The translations under genes and the position numbers were made by a program. From Octopus vulgaris (lineage: Eukaryota), in NCBI GenBank assembly GCA_951406725.2, contig OX597822.1:27776001-27840000 (forward strand): a stretch of 64,000 nucleotides of DNA, read 5' to 3'. The notes below the pieces were generated by a model. It ran no database searches and was not told the origin of the DNA. It saw nothing but the letters and a program-made list of their open reading frames with translations. This document shows, one piece after another, positions 1 through 13,725 of this stretch; positions within the stretch are counted from its first letter, which is position 1, and each line of letters opens with the position of its first letter.

Positions 1-483
1 TATTGCGAAGTGAGCATCTTCAGTATTAGGTAAATAATTCGATCGTAAAAAATGTGTACTTATAACTATCTATTGATCTATCTGTCCTGTAAGTTTTGCT
101 GCGTTGTGTTCACGCAAAACATCCATAATCCCCCAAAAGCTGTTTTCAAATAAATCGTAAAACAAAAGAACGAGCCAAATGCCTTGTAACCAACAAAGGT
201 ATTGACAAATATTATATAAGCCTATAGTGAAGTTGAATTTTTCCAATTGATTCAATCAGGAATATGTTAACGTGAAGTATAAAATATTGATTTGTAGCTT
301 CGGTACAAAGTGAAAAAATTTATGCGGAAAGAAAAGTCGATGATATCGACCCTGTTACTAAGCTTCAACTTAATTTATGGACTTCGTTGGGATTTGAAAT
401 CTCAGTGTAATAGAACGCAACTAAATAGCGCAAGATATTCTTCTAATCTATCTATATTGTAATCTTTTCTTTTTTACTCTAGA

Positions 484-1051
484 AACAAGTTCTGACATTT
501 TGGGGGAGGGGGATAGTCGATTAGATCAACCCCAATATGCAACAGGTAGTTTATTTATCAACCCCAAAAGGATGAGGGGCAAAGTCGACCTCGGCAAAAT
601 TTGAACTCAGAACGTAAAGACAGACGAAATACTTGTTTCTTTATTACCCACAAGGGGCTAAACATAGACAGGACAAAGAAGGACAGACAAACGGATTAAG
701 CCGATTACATCAACCCCAGTGCATAACTGGTACTTATTTAATCGACCCCCGAAAGGATGAAAGGCAAAGTCGACCCCGGCGGAATTTGAACTCACAACGT
801 AGCGGCAGATGAAATACCTATTTCTTTACTACCCACCAGGGGCTAAACACAGAGAGGACAAACAAGGATACACAAACGGATTAAGTCGATTATATCGACT
901 CCAGTGCATAACTGGTACTTATTTAATCGACCCCGAAAGGATGAAAGGCAAAGTCGACCCCGGCGGAATTTGTACTCAGAATGTAGCGGCAGACGATATA
1001 TCGCTAAGCATTTCGCCCGGCGCGCTAACATTTCTGCCAGCTCGCCGTCTT
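484..1051 (-). mobile_element. Trimer of OK-type tRNA-derived SINE (one full head plus two head-truncated units)
   Basis: Three copies of the core GTTCAAATTCCGCCGAGGTCGACTTTGCCTTTCATCCTTTCGGGGTCGAT on the minus strand. The head GGCGAGCTGGCAGAA occurs only at about 1045. Unit junctions are at about 632 and 817. Confidence 0.9.
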
Positions 1052-2750
1052 AATAGTCTTAAGTAATGGACGTGGAAGAATACAGGACAAGAATTTTAAA
1101 AAGGTTAAGTATTGCTGCGAAATTTAGAATTTGGTAAAGGAATTTCTGAAATTGTTCATCAAATAATGTGTTCACTTTTTCTTTTTTATATATTTTTTTG
1201 ATTGCCATTGCAAATTATTTTAATTTAACATTCTAGATTAAAAAATTGTTTGCAATAATCTAAAATATGTCTGTCTTACTTTTAGTATTGTATTATTTTT
1301 TATTTATTTTATTTTCTTATTAAAATTCATTATCCAAAAATTTTATATCGCAAATATTGTGTTAAAAGTAAATTCATGTAGAATTGAAATATAAGGGTGA
1401 AAAATTGTAAAAAAATATTTTAAAGATTCAAAAGAATTAATTTCTTTAAAGTTTGCACTATCAGATAACCAAGTAACTTCTATTTACTGTCAGAAGAATA
1501 TGTTTATAAGAAGATAAAAGCTAATGAACAAATGGAGTGCAAAATGAAGAAATGGCTACATTTTATAACAAAAGCTTTGGGGTTATAATACGTCGTCAAT
1601 TTTGCTTAAATTGCTATTAAGCGATTTTTTTAAATAAAGCACTAGATTCGTGATATTAAATATTTAATATGGACACTTGCAGGCAATTAGCTTTTTCACT
1701 GAAATTGAAAATAGCTTCTTGGATATTTTAACTTAAACAATTATGTGAAAACGAAATAATAAGAGGGCATTTAGTACTATATTTATTTAATCAAAACTTT
1801 GTTTCATTGACTTGCATTTTTCGTTAACTACTGCATATCCTGTATTTTTCCAGGTTCAATACTTAAGAATATTCTAGCACTCTGCATCCACAATTTTCAT
1901 TCTAGTCCACTTTTCTCCGTTATTGTAATTAATTATTTTTACTTTTATATTTCACATTTTAGTAATGCTAAAAATAAAACATGAATGTTTTAATATAAAG
2001 TCATTTTTAAATTAAAAAAAATATTAACTTAATTTCTTTTCAAATGCAAGAAGCAAACAATTTTTTAAATATAAAAAAGCGAAACGTTTGATAAACAATT
2101 TCAGAAATTAATTTTGTTCAAAATTTTGTCAAACACAGTTTTTGCTTGGTAGCTCGTCACGTATTTTTTCATTATCATACTGTTTTCTCCAATATTGCCT
2201 ATATTAAAAGCAGTAAAGATTATAATCAGTGGAAAAATTTTCAGATGGTTTTTCTTTGAAGTTGACAAAACTTTTTAACGCCTTTTCCATTTCTTCTTAA
2301 CTTAACACCTTTATCAACAGTGAAGAAATTGAATTATCTTTCAGCATTAAGAAAGCCAAGTTGTCATACTTCACCAGATTTTCTTTTTCCTTTTCCATAA
2401 TGGTCGTTTAAGTTTTGCTGCATGAATCATCTGAAAATAATTGACCAAATTGTAAAGAGATGGTGCTAAATACTGGACATGACAATTTGCAAGTAATATA
2501 TATTTTTGAATTCTTTTTCTGGAGGATCTTTGTCATGAATACGTATATGTTTCATCGAAATATTCATATGACCATGAGGAGCCCCTCTTTATTAATAACA
2601 GATTCTCCAAAAACGTGTGATGTTGCCGAAACCCCATAATTAACTATAGCTTGTAATCGGTGATAAATATGTTCACTTTGAGCAAAGGCATCATTTACAT
2701 AAAAACTGCTAGTTCAGACAGTTTGAATATGTATATATATATATATATTT

Positions 2751-3150
2751 GGCGCAAACGTAGCTGTGTGGTAAGTAGTTTCCTTACTAACCAAATGGTT
2801 CTGGATTCAGTCCCACTGCGTGGTCACTTGGGAGAGTTTGTGGTAGTATAGCCTCGGGCCAACCAAAGCCTTGTGAGTGGATTTGGTAGACAGAAACTGA
2901 AAGAAGCCCGTCGTATACATTTATATATATGTGTGTGTGTTTGTTTGTGTGTCTGTGTTTGTCTCCCCTGCCACCATCGCTTGACAACAGATGTTGGTGT
3001 GTTTACGTCCCCGTAACTTACCGGTTCGGCAAAATAGACCGATACGATACGTAATAGGCTTACTAAGAATAAGTCCTGGGGACGATTTGTTCGACTAAAG
3101 GCAGAGTTCCATCATGGCCGCAGTCAAATGACTGAAACAAATAACAGAAT
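2751..3150 (+). mobile_element. tRNA-derived SINE family B (CR1-like 3' tail)
   Basis: Head GGCGCA..GTAGCTGTGTGGTAAG with a B-box-like GGATTCAGTCCC, an internal (TA)/(TG) tract, and tail CATGGCCGCAGTCAAATGACTGAAACAA. Homologous copies lie at 27020, 34010 and 61708. Confidence 0.85.
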
Positions 3151-4173
3151 AACAGAATATATATATATGTATATAAAGAAATTTCGAAGCGCCAAGTGAG
3201 GTGGAACTTTAGAGAAGAAAAAGGAAATTTCCAACTGGGAAAAAGTTGTAAAGTCAGCTTGAATAATCGTGTAAACACTCTTAGATGATGTTTTTTTTTA
3301 AAAAAGAAAGCGGCAGCAAGCCAGTACAGAGTATGGAATCCTATACCCGTCAAATTCCTGATGAGCGCTCTATACCATTAGGCTGACATCATATATCGTC
3401 TTTCATAACGATAAATATCTTACAATAACAAAAATATTCTGGTTTGTTTAAATTTATCACTTAAATTCACACCACTTTAAAGTAGCATATATTTTTTGAC
3501 AAAACTTTCACTATTAGCTTCTTTTCGTGGAGCTCTTCATTAGAACTCAACTATTGTATAATTTTTCTTTTACAATAGCCAGGTTATTCTGAATCAAAAC
3601 CATTTTGAAGTGTTAATTACCATTTTTTCGTCATTTAAAGCTACACTACCATTTTCATATCTAATGTTTTATTAGCGAGGTTTCCATCAAAAGATTCTTC
3701 TCAATGAACACATTTTTCAACCCAATTATTTTATAATTTTAAAATAACTGATATATTTTGATTAAAATTAATCTTTTGCCTTACTTTCCCATTTTAACCT
3801 TACATGTTTTGACCTAACGTTTTTTCTAATAAACCAAATTTCAGTTATTTTATCTCAGAATAGAGTTTAGGATTAGAGCATCATTGCTAGTAAAAACTCA
3901 TTCAGTTTGGGTCAGAACTGAATTAGTGATGAAGCCTAGAGCTGCTCGCGTGTGACTAAAAGTTGACCTTAAGAATATATTCACCCTCTACTGTGAATCA
4001 TATTTGTATCATAAATACGTGAATCATTACGTTTAAGTTTTAATGCTGTGGATAAATGTTTATTTCACTTAAGTTTTCAATATTTTTCAGAAAAGCCCTA
4101 AAACCTACCACCGACCTACTTCTCTTTTGATACGCAAGTCCTGCATTTATTGCAAGTAAAAGTACCCAAAGTA

Positions 4174-4743
4174 TTGGGTTGTCCGGAAAGTTCGTGCCGA
4201 TTTTTAAAGGAAAGAAAAAGGTCAATAAATACTTGCTATTACATTATTAATCAAACAATTATAAGCCATTTTGTTGCACAAAGTGTATACATCTTTCCTT
4301 TAACTTGAAGATACCCTCTTCCCAGAATTGAGGTGGTTTCATGGCAAAGAATTCATCAAGGTATCTTTTTACGACAATCAAGGAGTTGAATTTTTTACCA
4401 TTAAGACTATTCTGCAGAGACCTGAATAAGTGGAAATCCGAAGGAGCAATATCTGGTGAATATGGATGGTGGGGTAACACATACCAGCCGAGCTGCAACA
4501 ATTTTTGTCTGGTTCCCAAATCATCAAGTGTCGAAAATGAACTTTCTTATCTTCCATTTTAAAGGGCTACATAATTCACACAGGTTATAGGGACATAAAC
4601 CTTCTTCCACGAAAAGATAGCTTAAACTGTGCTCTAACTGGATGTGTAGTGAAATCCTATTTTATGGACTCAACCATGTTCTAAAATAAGTCGAATGAAT
4701 GTTAAGCTACTATAAATCGGCACGAACTTTCCGGACAACCCAA
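4174..4743 (-). mobile_element. Internally deleted mariner transposon with both TIRs
   Basis: About 30 bp TIRs TTGGGTTGTCCGGAAAGTTCGTGCCGATTT with TA duplicated on both sides. The N-terminus MEDKKVHFRHLM is joined out of frame to the C-terminus containing HHPYSPDIAPSDFHLFRSL (mariner YSPDLAP motif). Confidence 0.95.
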
Positions 4744-5730
4744 TACAATGTCGATTCATTTTCCCTCGTCATTTAATTTTATTTAGAATACGGATGCTAT
4801 TAGAAAAAATATAACCATCATAATGCCTCATGCTCACATTCTAATAAATATATACTTGTTTCGTGTTTGTGAAAAATAGACACGCACAGACACACAATAC
4901 ATTGCAATTCGAAAATAGGACGTCAGTTCTTTTGCAACGAAATTCTTATTTACAGTTAATTTAGGCATAATCTAACTAATGCACCTCAATGTAATTTAAT
5001 ACTCAGCGATGATAAATAATGTAATGCGCAGTTCTGTAGCCTAATTAGAAGTATCACAATTGAAGACATGAGTGCTGTGTTACGCTTCAATGGTCAATGT
5101 ATTTCGTGAACTGTTCGTGTCTACTATATCTTCATGGCTTCTATTGTAGCTACTGAAAGGTGTGAATACCATTTCTCTGGAGAATAACAGAAAATCAGGA
5201 GGTCGTTATTATAAGCCGGGGCGCGTGTGTGTGTGTGTGTGTATGTGCGCGTGTACGTGTGTGTGTTTATGCGTGTGGGGAAGGTGTTTTTTTGTTTGTG
5301 TGCAATATGCATGTAGATACATAGAAAGAAATAGATAGAGAGATACCTAAATACATAGATAGATAGATAAATACATGCATACATAGATGCATACCTACAT
5401 AAATTCACACAAAAAGGCACAAACACACACAACATATATGATATTGATTTTTAGCATAGACTTAAGGCCACATATATTCGATTTGAAGTACGTATACATT
5501 TGATTAAATCTATTTCTCTAGTACTTGACTTTGCTTTTAATTTACCCATGATGGATGGATAAAATACAAAAGTGGAACTCTAGCACATTTGACAACATGG
5601 CGTAAAGGGACGTTACAAAACTGAGTAGGGAATGTTTTTCCTTCTTTTTTTTTGTGAACTCACCCTAAGCCGTCTCTGAAAATTCAATGATTTTCTTCAC
5701 ATTATTATTATTATTGTTGTTGCTGTTATT

Positions 5731-6223
5731 AGCTCAAATTTCAACGGGGTCGACTTTGCCTTTCATTCTTTCAGAGTCGATAAAATAAGTACCAGTTGAA
5801 CACTGGTGTCGACTCATCTCCTCCCCACCAATATGTGGTAAAATTTCAAACAATTATTATTATTATTATTATTAAGGACGCGAGCTGGCACAACCGTTAG
5901 CACGCAGGGCAAAATGCTTAGCGTTAATTTGTCTGCCGCTATGTTCTGAGTTCAAATTCCGCCGCGGTGGACTGTGCCTTCGATCCTTCGGGGTCAATTA
6001 AATAATTACCAGTTACGCACTGTATCATCTTCTATATGTCGGCCCTAGTGGCTAATAAATGAAATATATTTTATAGCGTGCTTTCACTTCACTACCGAGC
6101 ATAGCTCTGTGTGCCTTGGGTATGTGCTGTGGTTTGTTGTGATGCTTTTATGGTTACTGTATTGAAAATGTTTTGCGTAGGGTATGTGCAGTGCCCAGTA
6201 GTGCAATTTTATTGTTATTATTA

Positions 6224-6275
<52 letters not shown>

Positions 6276-6560
6276 TTCAAACTCCGCCGAGGTCGACTTT
6301 GCTTTTCATCCTTTCGGGTCAATAAATTAAGAACCAATAAAACACTGGGGTCGATGTAATCGACTAGTCCTCTCCCACAAATTTGAGGCCTTGTGCCTCC
6401 TGTAAAGAGGATTATTATCATTATCATTAGTTCAAACTCTGCCGAGGTCGACTTTGCCTTTTATCATTTCGGGGTTGATAAATTAAATACCAATGAACCA
6501 CTAAATTCGATGTAGTCGACTTGTCCTCTTCCCCCAAATTTCAGGACTTGTGTTAGAAAC

Positions 6561-6597
<37 letters not shown>

Positions 6598-6815
6598 ATG
6601 TTGACCAGCAGGCGGAATCGTTAGCACGCCGGATAAAAAATGATTAGCGGCATTTCGTCAATCTTTACATTTTGAGTTCGAATTCCCTAGAGGTCAGCTT
6701 TGACTTCCGTCCACTTGAGGTCGACAAAATAAGTACCAGTTACGTTCTGGTGTCGATGTACTCGACTTGACCTCTTCCACCAACTTTCAGGCCCTGCACC
6801 TTTAGAAGAATAGAT
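5731..6815 (+). mobile_element. Cluster of about five decayed OK-type SINE copies separated by (TTA)n
   Basis: The core GAGGTCGACTTTGCCTTTCATCC..GTCGATAAA..AGTACCAG recurs at about 5745, 5960, 6290, 6445 and 6690, with (ATT)n between copies. Confidence 0.85.
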
Positions 6816-7154
6816 TATTGCTGTTTTTTATTATTGAGCGAGAAAGCAGTTCGTGCTATCAAAGTGACGTTGGGGGTGACAATATTGTATAGAAAACAAG
6901 CATCTCTCCAAAGTATTAGAGTAGCTTTTTTCCGATTTTACTTAAACTTCGTCTGAAACACTTATCATCATCATATTGACAAAATCCAGCAAGTTTAGAG
7001 GTCGGTGTTTAATAATGTTCACCTGTAATATCTTCACAAAACAATCCGCGCCTATAACCAATTTTCTCGTACTCTGCAGGATCACACTCATTCACAGAAA
7101 ATGTAAGCTGATGGAGCCCTCTAAGTGACACACTGTCAGACAATAATATATATT

Positions 7155-7385
7155 TTTTTTTTATTGCCCACAAGGGGTTAAATACAGAGGGGACAAACAA
7201 GGACAGACAAAGGGATTAAGTCGATTATATCGACCCCAATGCGTAACTGGTACTTATTTAATCGACCCCGAAAGGATGAAAGGCAAAGTCGACCTCGGCG
7301 GAATTTGAACTCAGAACGTAACGGCAGACGAAATACTGCTAAGCATTTCACCCAGCGTGCAAACGATTTTGCCAGCTCGCCGCTT
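7155..7385 (-). mobile_element. Full-length OK-type SINE
   Basis: Head, core and the tail GTCCCCTCTGTATTTAACCCCTTGTGGGCAATAAA are all present on the minus strand. Confidence 0.9.
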
Positions 7386-8351
7386 TCTGTCAGACTATAA
7401 TATATATTACTAACTTCTCTATAAAATATTTCGCACCAATATTAGTTGTATTTGTTCCGACACATAACGTTTTGAATTCAAATTAGGCCGCGGTCCACTT
7501 GGCCAGTTATCGTTCTGGGGCCGATAAACAAGTACCAATGAAGTACTGGTGTCGATGTTATCGACTTTTTTCTCCTCTCACAATCGGTGGCCTTATGCCA
7601 AATTTAGATAAACATTTATTTTTATTATTAATACTTATATTTATATTTCCATATTGTTTTGTATTATTGAAATAAATTTACAAGAAGGATATTGCAATGT
7701 TAACATATATTTGCAAGATTTTTGATGTGAAATCATGTGTTGAATCTTGAAAAAGGAGATGCACATGCAATACGTTCTGGGAAGAAAGAGTTACTTAAAA
7801 ATTATATAGTTATTGATAAGGTCATAGAAAAGACTTTGACAGAAAAACCTTTGACAGTGCATAATAGATCACGTACATCATATGCTGATTAATTATATAA
7901 TTAATTCTTTTATCTATTGCTTGTCTCAGTCAATTCACCGTGGATCTGCTGGGACACTGCCGTGCAGTGTTTACTACAACAAATGGACCCCATTACTGGG
8001 GTCGATTTATTTTTGTAACAATTTGGTATTTATTCTATCGATCTTTCTTGCCGAAAGGCTAGGGTACGGAGACATATAAAACTGAAATTTAGCATAACGA
8101 ATGCGTTAGCTTTTTGTGGCACTAAATCTATATCAGGAGAGATAGGATTAGAGATGTATAGGATTTCCATGAATGAAGAAATAGTGACGTATAATAGAAA
8201 CAACAAAAAACTGGCTGAGGAATCATAAAGGGGAATACAATACTAATATTAATAAAGATTGTGAAGCATTTTGGCAAGTGGTCTATTAACTTCTAACCTA
8301 ATTTTTGCCACAAAATTAATCTTTTTATGTACTTCTCATAACACAAAAGTG

Positions 8352-8416
<65 letters not shown>

Positions 8417-8624
8417 CCTCTCTCTCCACAAACACATATTTGTGTATATATGTGTCTAAAGGTACATATTTATCTATCTATCCGTATGTTTGCCTGTCTG
8501 CTTGTTTGTCTGTATGTATGTATAAGCAGAAAGAGGACGTAAGAGGGAATCGCAAATAAACAGATTTTGTACATTTATTTTTGAATACCTGTTGATGTTG
8601 TTGTTTGTATTATTATTATTTTCA

Positions 8625-8980
8625 AGTAACGAACTGGCAGAATCATTTCAGAGTCAGGCATAATTACTTAGCTTCAATTAGTATGCCTGTACGTTCTGAA
8701 CTTAAATGTTTCCGAGCTCAACTCTGCCATTCATCCTTTCGAGGGCGACAAAAGGAAAAACGCATCAAATACTGAGATTGATATAATTGAGTAGCTGGCA
8801 GAATGGTTACACCGCCGAGGAAAATGCTGAGTGGCATTTCTGAGTTCACATTTCGCCGAGGTTGACTTTGCTTTTCATCTGGTCGAGGTCGATAAAATAT
8901 GCACTATTTGAACACAGGAGTTGATGAAATCGACTTACAGCCACCCCTGAAATTACTAGACATGTACCAAAATTTGAAAC
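8625..8980 (+). mobile_element. Two decayed OK-type SINE copies
   Basis: CTGGCAGAA heads at about 8634 and 8795, each followed by a degenerate core. Confidence 0.75.
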
Positions 8981-8987
8981 CGATGTA

Positions 8988-9237
8988 ATTCAATTCAATT
9001 CAATTCAATTTTTATTGGCTCAAAAAGCAAAAGCAAGGCCTTGTAGGGGGCCAAGGAGTTATGTACAGGGAGAGTGGTCATACAAAGATTTCAGACCATT
9101 TCTGGTCAAGAGAGACTTTGAACCGAGCGGTCGTCGGCATCATCACTATCTCGTCTGGCAGCTTATTACACGGATCCGCAACCCGGACGGAGAAAGCCCC
9201 TCTCCTTCGATTGAGATGAAATCGTCGTAGATAGAGC
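8988..9237 (-). mobile_element. CR1-clade LINE 3' end with (ATTGA)n tail
   Basis: The minus strand reads RRFHLNRRRGAFSVRVADPCNKLPDEIVMMPTTARFKVSLDQKW*, matching the CR1 C-terminal FS.RV...WN.LP...FK..LD pattern. It is followed by AATAAA and (ATTGA)4. TGTAATT occurs at both ends as a possible TSD. Confidence 0.85.
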
Positions 9238-10839
9238 TGTAATTGAGTCCCTCCCACCGAATTTCATGCTTTGTGCCTAGAGTATCTATGCCCGTGAGAT
9301 GGTAGATTCGTTAGCACGTCGGACGAAATAGTTAGCTGTATTTCTTCTGACTTGTTACGTTTTGAGTTCAAATTTCGTCGAGGTCTTCTTGGCCTTTATC
9401 GTTCTGGGGCCGATAAACAATTACAAAGCAAGCAGTGCTTACTTTGAAAAGTCGGTGAACTTATGAGAAATTTAAATAGAAAGCTTTCTTTATCACTACT
9501 ATTATTCTTTTCATATCATTTCTATTATTGATTTCGTCGTTATTTTCTTTCTATAACTGATCTTCCTAATTTTTTTCTTTAAATTAAAAAAAAAACATAT
9601 CATGTATAAATTTAAACATGGTTCAATTAACTTGTGTGAACTATTGTTTATTCAGCTACAATTGTTAGTTATATTGCTGCTGTTTTTAATAAGGAACTGT
9701 CTTTTGCTGACTAACATTATCGGAAAATAGCGAATATCTAGAGAATTAGAAATGGAATTGCAACGTCAGACGGAACCTAGTTAGGGTATAATTAAATATT
9801 TTTGTAACAAACTTGGCATGTAGTGTACTCCACACCATTTCCACATACATAGACACACACAAAAATAATTAGATAAACTCGACAGAAATGTGTGAGAAAT
9901 TTATGCCAACCGAAAAATATGCTTTAAGCAAGGAAGTTTTTTTTAAGCATTGAAAAATGCATTAATACATATGTTATGAATATATAATATGTTGTTATGT
10001 GTAAATGTTTGTTTGGTGCAAATAAAATCATGCACAAGATGTGCATAGGCTCGTCCTACATTATTAGTTCGGTACACGGGATTCGTGCTGCCCATATATA
10101 TATATGTGTATATGTGTGTGTGTATGTAATCATAAATTCTATAGGGAAAATAATTGTGCATTTATTGTCACTGTTCATTTTATTTTGCTATATTGCACTT
10201 AGGTGGAATTTATCTGGCGTAGATGTTTAGAATGTGTGAATATAATACTTTCGAAATTACAAAAATTGCTAACATAGAGAGAAAAGAGGGGAAAAAAAAC
10301 ATCAAAATATAGTTTGAAGTAATGATATTTTCTTCTTCTTAGTTTGTTTTTATTTCCACCTACGGTTGTCAATGAAGTGTCATTTTACACCATCAGCATC
10401 TGGAAGATGGTTCGTTCTTTCGATATCGGGCACGGTAGCGCGGTGGAGGAACGGGCGACCGGCGCAGGCCTGGCTCAGGCCTGGCGCAAGCCTGCCGCTG
10501 GCGGCCCCAACCTCGTACTAGCCGCAGTTGTAATTAATATTAGCCTGTTTTCTTGCTGTAAGCGAAATAATGGAGAGTTGTAGAAAAAATGTTTTTTCTT
10601 TATTGTTGTATGTATTTCAGTTTTTAGACTGCATTATGCTGCGATACAGCCTCGAATAATTTGATTGAACAAATCGATCCCAAACATATTCTTTTTTGTG
10701 AAGCCTAGTAGTCATTCTATCGGGCTGAAACAAATGACCAGTTATCAAGTTGCATAGTGAGAGACAGGATGACATATACTCAAATATATATATATTTGTG
10801 TGTGTTTGTGTACGTGTAGGTATGTAAGTTTATATATAC

Positions 10840-10876
<37 letters not shown>

Positions 10877-10879
<3 letters not shown>

Positions 10880-11185
10880 AGGCGCAATGGCCCAGTGGTT
10901 ACGGCAGCAGACTCGCGATTATAGGATCTTGGTTTCGATTCCCAGACCGGGTGTTGTGAATGTTTATTGAGCAAAGACAACTAAAGCTCCACGAGGCTCC
11001 GGCAGCGGGCAGTGGCGATCCCTGCTTTACTCTTCCTCCAGAAATTTCCCTCACTCTTTCTTCTGTATGCCTGCTCGCTTAGCCAGTGGGGTGGCGTCAT
11101 TTGAAGGCTAAAACAGTGCGAAGCGCATTGTGACCAGCGATGTGTAGCAACATCTGATAGCCTGGTCGGTCACGGTGATCACGGG
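10877..11185 (+). mobile_element. tRNA-derived SINE family C (OR-type head), tail type 1
   Basis: Head TGGAGGCGCAATGGCCCAGTGGTTA with B box GGTTTCGATTCC. Tail ...GATAGCCTGGTCGGTCACGGTGATC is shared with the copy at 41393. Confidence 0.85.
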
Positions 11186-11261
11186 GATTATATATATATA
11201 TATATATATATAGACAGAGAGATAGATAGATAAGTAGATAGAAAGATACATAGATATTCTT

Positions 11262-11475
11262 TTAAGCGTTTCAATCCAAAGGCTGTGGTGATGCTGAGAC
11301 ACCGCATTTGTTACGACATTTTCAATGACCATTCTTTTGCGATTGACATTTGGTGAAAATGAGAGTTCAATATCGCTACTTACTCTTGAGGTCTTGCCGT
11401 TACGTAGATTCAACTTGGACCTTGGACAACAGGTGGTCAAGTTGTTTCTTGAAAACTTTGACTCCTGCTGCATGG
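11262..11475 (-). mobile_element. Decayed CR1-clade LINE 3' end
   Basis: A minus frame reads GVKVFKKQLDHLLSKVQVEST, and the tail GCGGTGTCTCAGCATCACCACAGC..TGAAAC is homologous to the end of the 52.6-54.2 kb element. Confidence 0.7.
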
Positions 11476-11643
11476 ATTTATATTTACACATACACACACA
11501 CACGCATACACACACACATACACACATATACTCACACACACACACACACATATGTATATATACATATATAGATACACACATGCACATAGTTATATGTACA
11601 AAAATAAATACGCACGCACTCATGCATATATATATACATATAC

Positions 11644-11679
<36 letters not shown>

Positions 11680-11978
11680 GGAGAGACAGACAGACATATA
11701 TCTTTGTTGTTTCGCCAGAAGCAATAAAGTACAGGAATGTAGAAATGTAGAGTATTCTTTAATATATTATATCTGAAGGACATCAATTGCCGGTACTCAG
11801 AGTTGCTCGTTTACGATCATCAGATCGTAAACGGAGTCCGGTTTTAGTTTGAATAACCACTGTCGGAATGTTTTTTGAAATATGAAAAGAAGGCTTAAAG
11901 AAACGCATATCTTTTTTTGATTTTATTTTTGGGTTCTCGTAGTGATATTTTAAACATCATGAAATGGTGTTGCTATTG

Positions 11979-12326
11979 CTGTTGAGCGAACGGTCTTCGT
12001 CCCTTGGGAGAAGTCTGAAACGAGGTCCTTTGCTATTCGTAAGACTCGCAGAAAAGAAAGCAGGTCAACGTCCGACACCGAGAGCATCGACGGATGGATG
12101 AATGCTCATCAAGGCTCAGCGGTTGCGTAGGAGGTCGGGGACAAGAAACAGGAAGAAAGAGTGAGAGAAAGTTGGGGGCGAAAGAGTACAACAGGGGTCG
12201 CCACCACCCTCTGCCGGAGCCTCGTGGAGCTTTAGGTGTTTTCGCTCAATAAACACACACAACGCCCGGTCTAGGAATCGAAACCGCGAGTCCGCTGTCC
12301 TAACCACTGGGCCATTGCGCCTCCAC
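11979..12326 (-). mobile_element. SINE family C head with tail type 2
   Basis: Same head as the 10877 copy but a different 3' half. It is flanked by TGGTGTTGCT(A/G)TTG direct repeats at 11965 and 12327. Confidence 0.8.
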
Positions 12327-12930
12327 TGGTGTTGCTGTTGAAGCAATATTCGAAGATATTATTACCAAGTTATACTTTTAATGTTTTAATGTGTAAAGCA
12401 AAAAACGAGACTTTTTTTTTCTCAAGGCACCAATTGTTTGAACAAAAGAACTCAGCTGTTGACGCCTTATATACACGCGGCTAAGTGTCTTTCATGCAAA
12501 AGCAAGCCTCCTTGAATTTTGTTCTGGTTCTAATTAAAACTTCAGTTTTCGAAATGTTTAATTAATAGGCTTTATTGATACATGCATCAATATGTGTCTA
12601 TGTGTGAGTATACAGACACAGGTGCATATAATAATTTTACCGTAAGAACCAGAAAGGAAATCATGTATGAGCTTGAAGCAACCGTTTTCGCACGTGTCAT
12701 TCACAAAAGGTTTTAAATGAAAGAACATATGCATAAGTGATTTCTTCAAACTTTCATTTCATATTTAAAAATATATTCATATAGCGGATATTCAAAAGAA
12801 AACCTAGCTCGTTTAACCAGCTGATGATCGAGGCTAGCAACTCTGAACACTGGAAATTGGAGAAATATATATATATATATATATATATACAATAATAAAT
12901 CTCTGGGCGAGATATAAACAGTAACTGCTC

Positions 12931-13153
12931 TATAACATAAGAGGGGTCAGCCATCTGAATGTGGCTAGGGTCAGGGCGGGATGGTGGGGGTGTTACTGAT
13001 GCATTTAGCCCCAGGCGAACATCGACGTCACCAGAAGAGCTGACGTCAGCTCTTCTGGTGACGTCGATATTCGCCTGGGGCTAAATGCATCAGTAACACC
13101 CCCACCACCCCGCCCTGACCCTAGCCACATTCAGATGGCTGATCCCTCTTATG

Positions 13154-13158
<5 letters not shown>
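12931..13158. repeat. 228 bp spacer-less palindrome next to (TA)n
   Basis: 114 bp arms centred on TGAC|GTCA at 13044/13045, with three mismatches, all transitions. Confidence 0.95.
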
Positions 13159-13185
<27 letters not shown>

Positions 13186-13194
13186 GTAACAATG

Positions 13195-13725
13195 TTTGGA
13201 AGGAATTTCCGTCTGTTGTACCATGTATTTCTACCTGCAATCTTCAAAAGAATGAGGTTTACAAATTCTTATACTAAATAATACCCACACTCACTGAAAA
13301 GGATGCCACGCTGAACTGAGTTATCCAAACACACCATCATAAAAATTAGACGTCCAAATCAATGAAAAATATACTGAGAAAGAACGAGCTTCATACAATA
13401 ACAACTGACCCAACAGTACATGAAATGCGGAAGATTCAACTTTAGTAAGTATTGAAAACTGACAAAAGGCTCGGTGATCCGTTTTAGATATGTCTTCACA
13501 ATAAAGAAATGTACTAATTTGCCCTATTAATTTCTGAAATTGCATGCCCAGGATGTGGAGAAAACTACACGGAAGAAACAGTGATGTCCTTAAGAAAACT
13601 AACATCCCTCTGCGTACATTAAAAATTAAAATGCAATAATACATACAAATAGAACGCGGTGTGACACACAAACTTGCAGGTAAGAACCAAACAGATTTTA
13701 CAATTTTTCTCTTGTTAATTTAACG
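13195..13725 (+). mobile_element. Degenerate Penelope-like element (linker plus GIY-YIG endonuclease remnant)
   Basis: Frame-broken reads LPCIST.N, LSKHTIIK.RR and EIACPGCGENYTEET resemble the PLE IY.ITC..CG..YIGQT motif. Confidence 0.6.

Noticed and set aside
484-1051. Repeat-spacer-like periodicity suggesting CRISPR
   Set aside because: The units are whole SINE monomers in eukaryotic DNA, with no unique spacers or cas genes.
809-1066. Recurrent ORFs containing FRRGRLCLSSFRGR or DPERMKGKVD
   Set aside because: Read-through of the OK-type SINE core.
2380-2445. Minus-strand acceptor TTATTTTCAG followed by DSCSKT* and AT-rich unique DNA (possible terminal exon)
   Set aside because: Too short, and such acceptor-like motifs are common by chance; no upstream exons were identified.
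3355-3390. CTGATGAG motif
   Set aside because: No downstream GAAA or stems.
10877-10950. tRNA-like A/B boxes here and at other SINE heads
   Set aside because: They continue into SINE bodies and lack a complete cloverleaf, so they are not tRNA genes.
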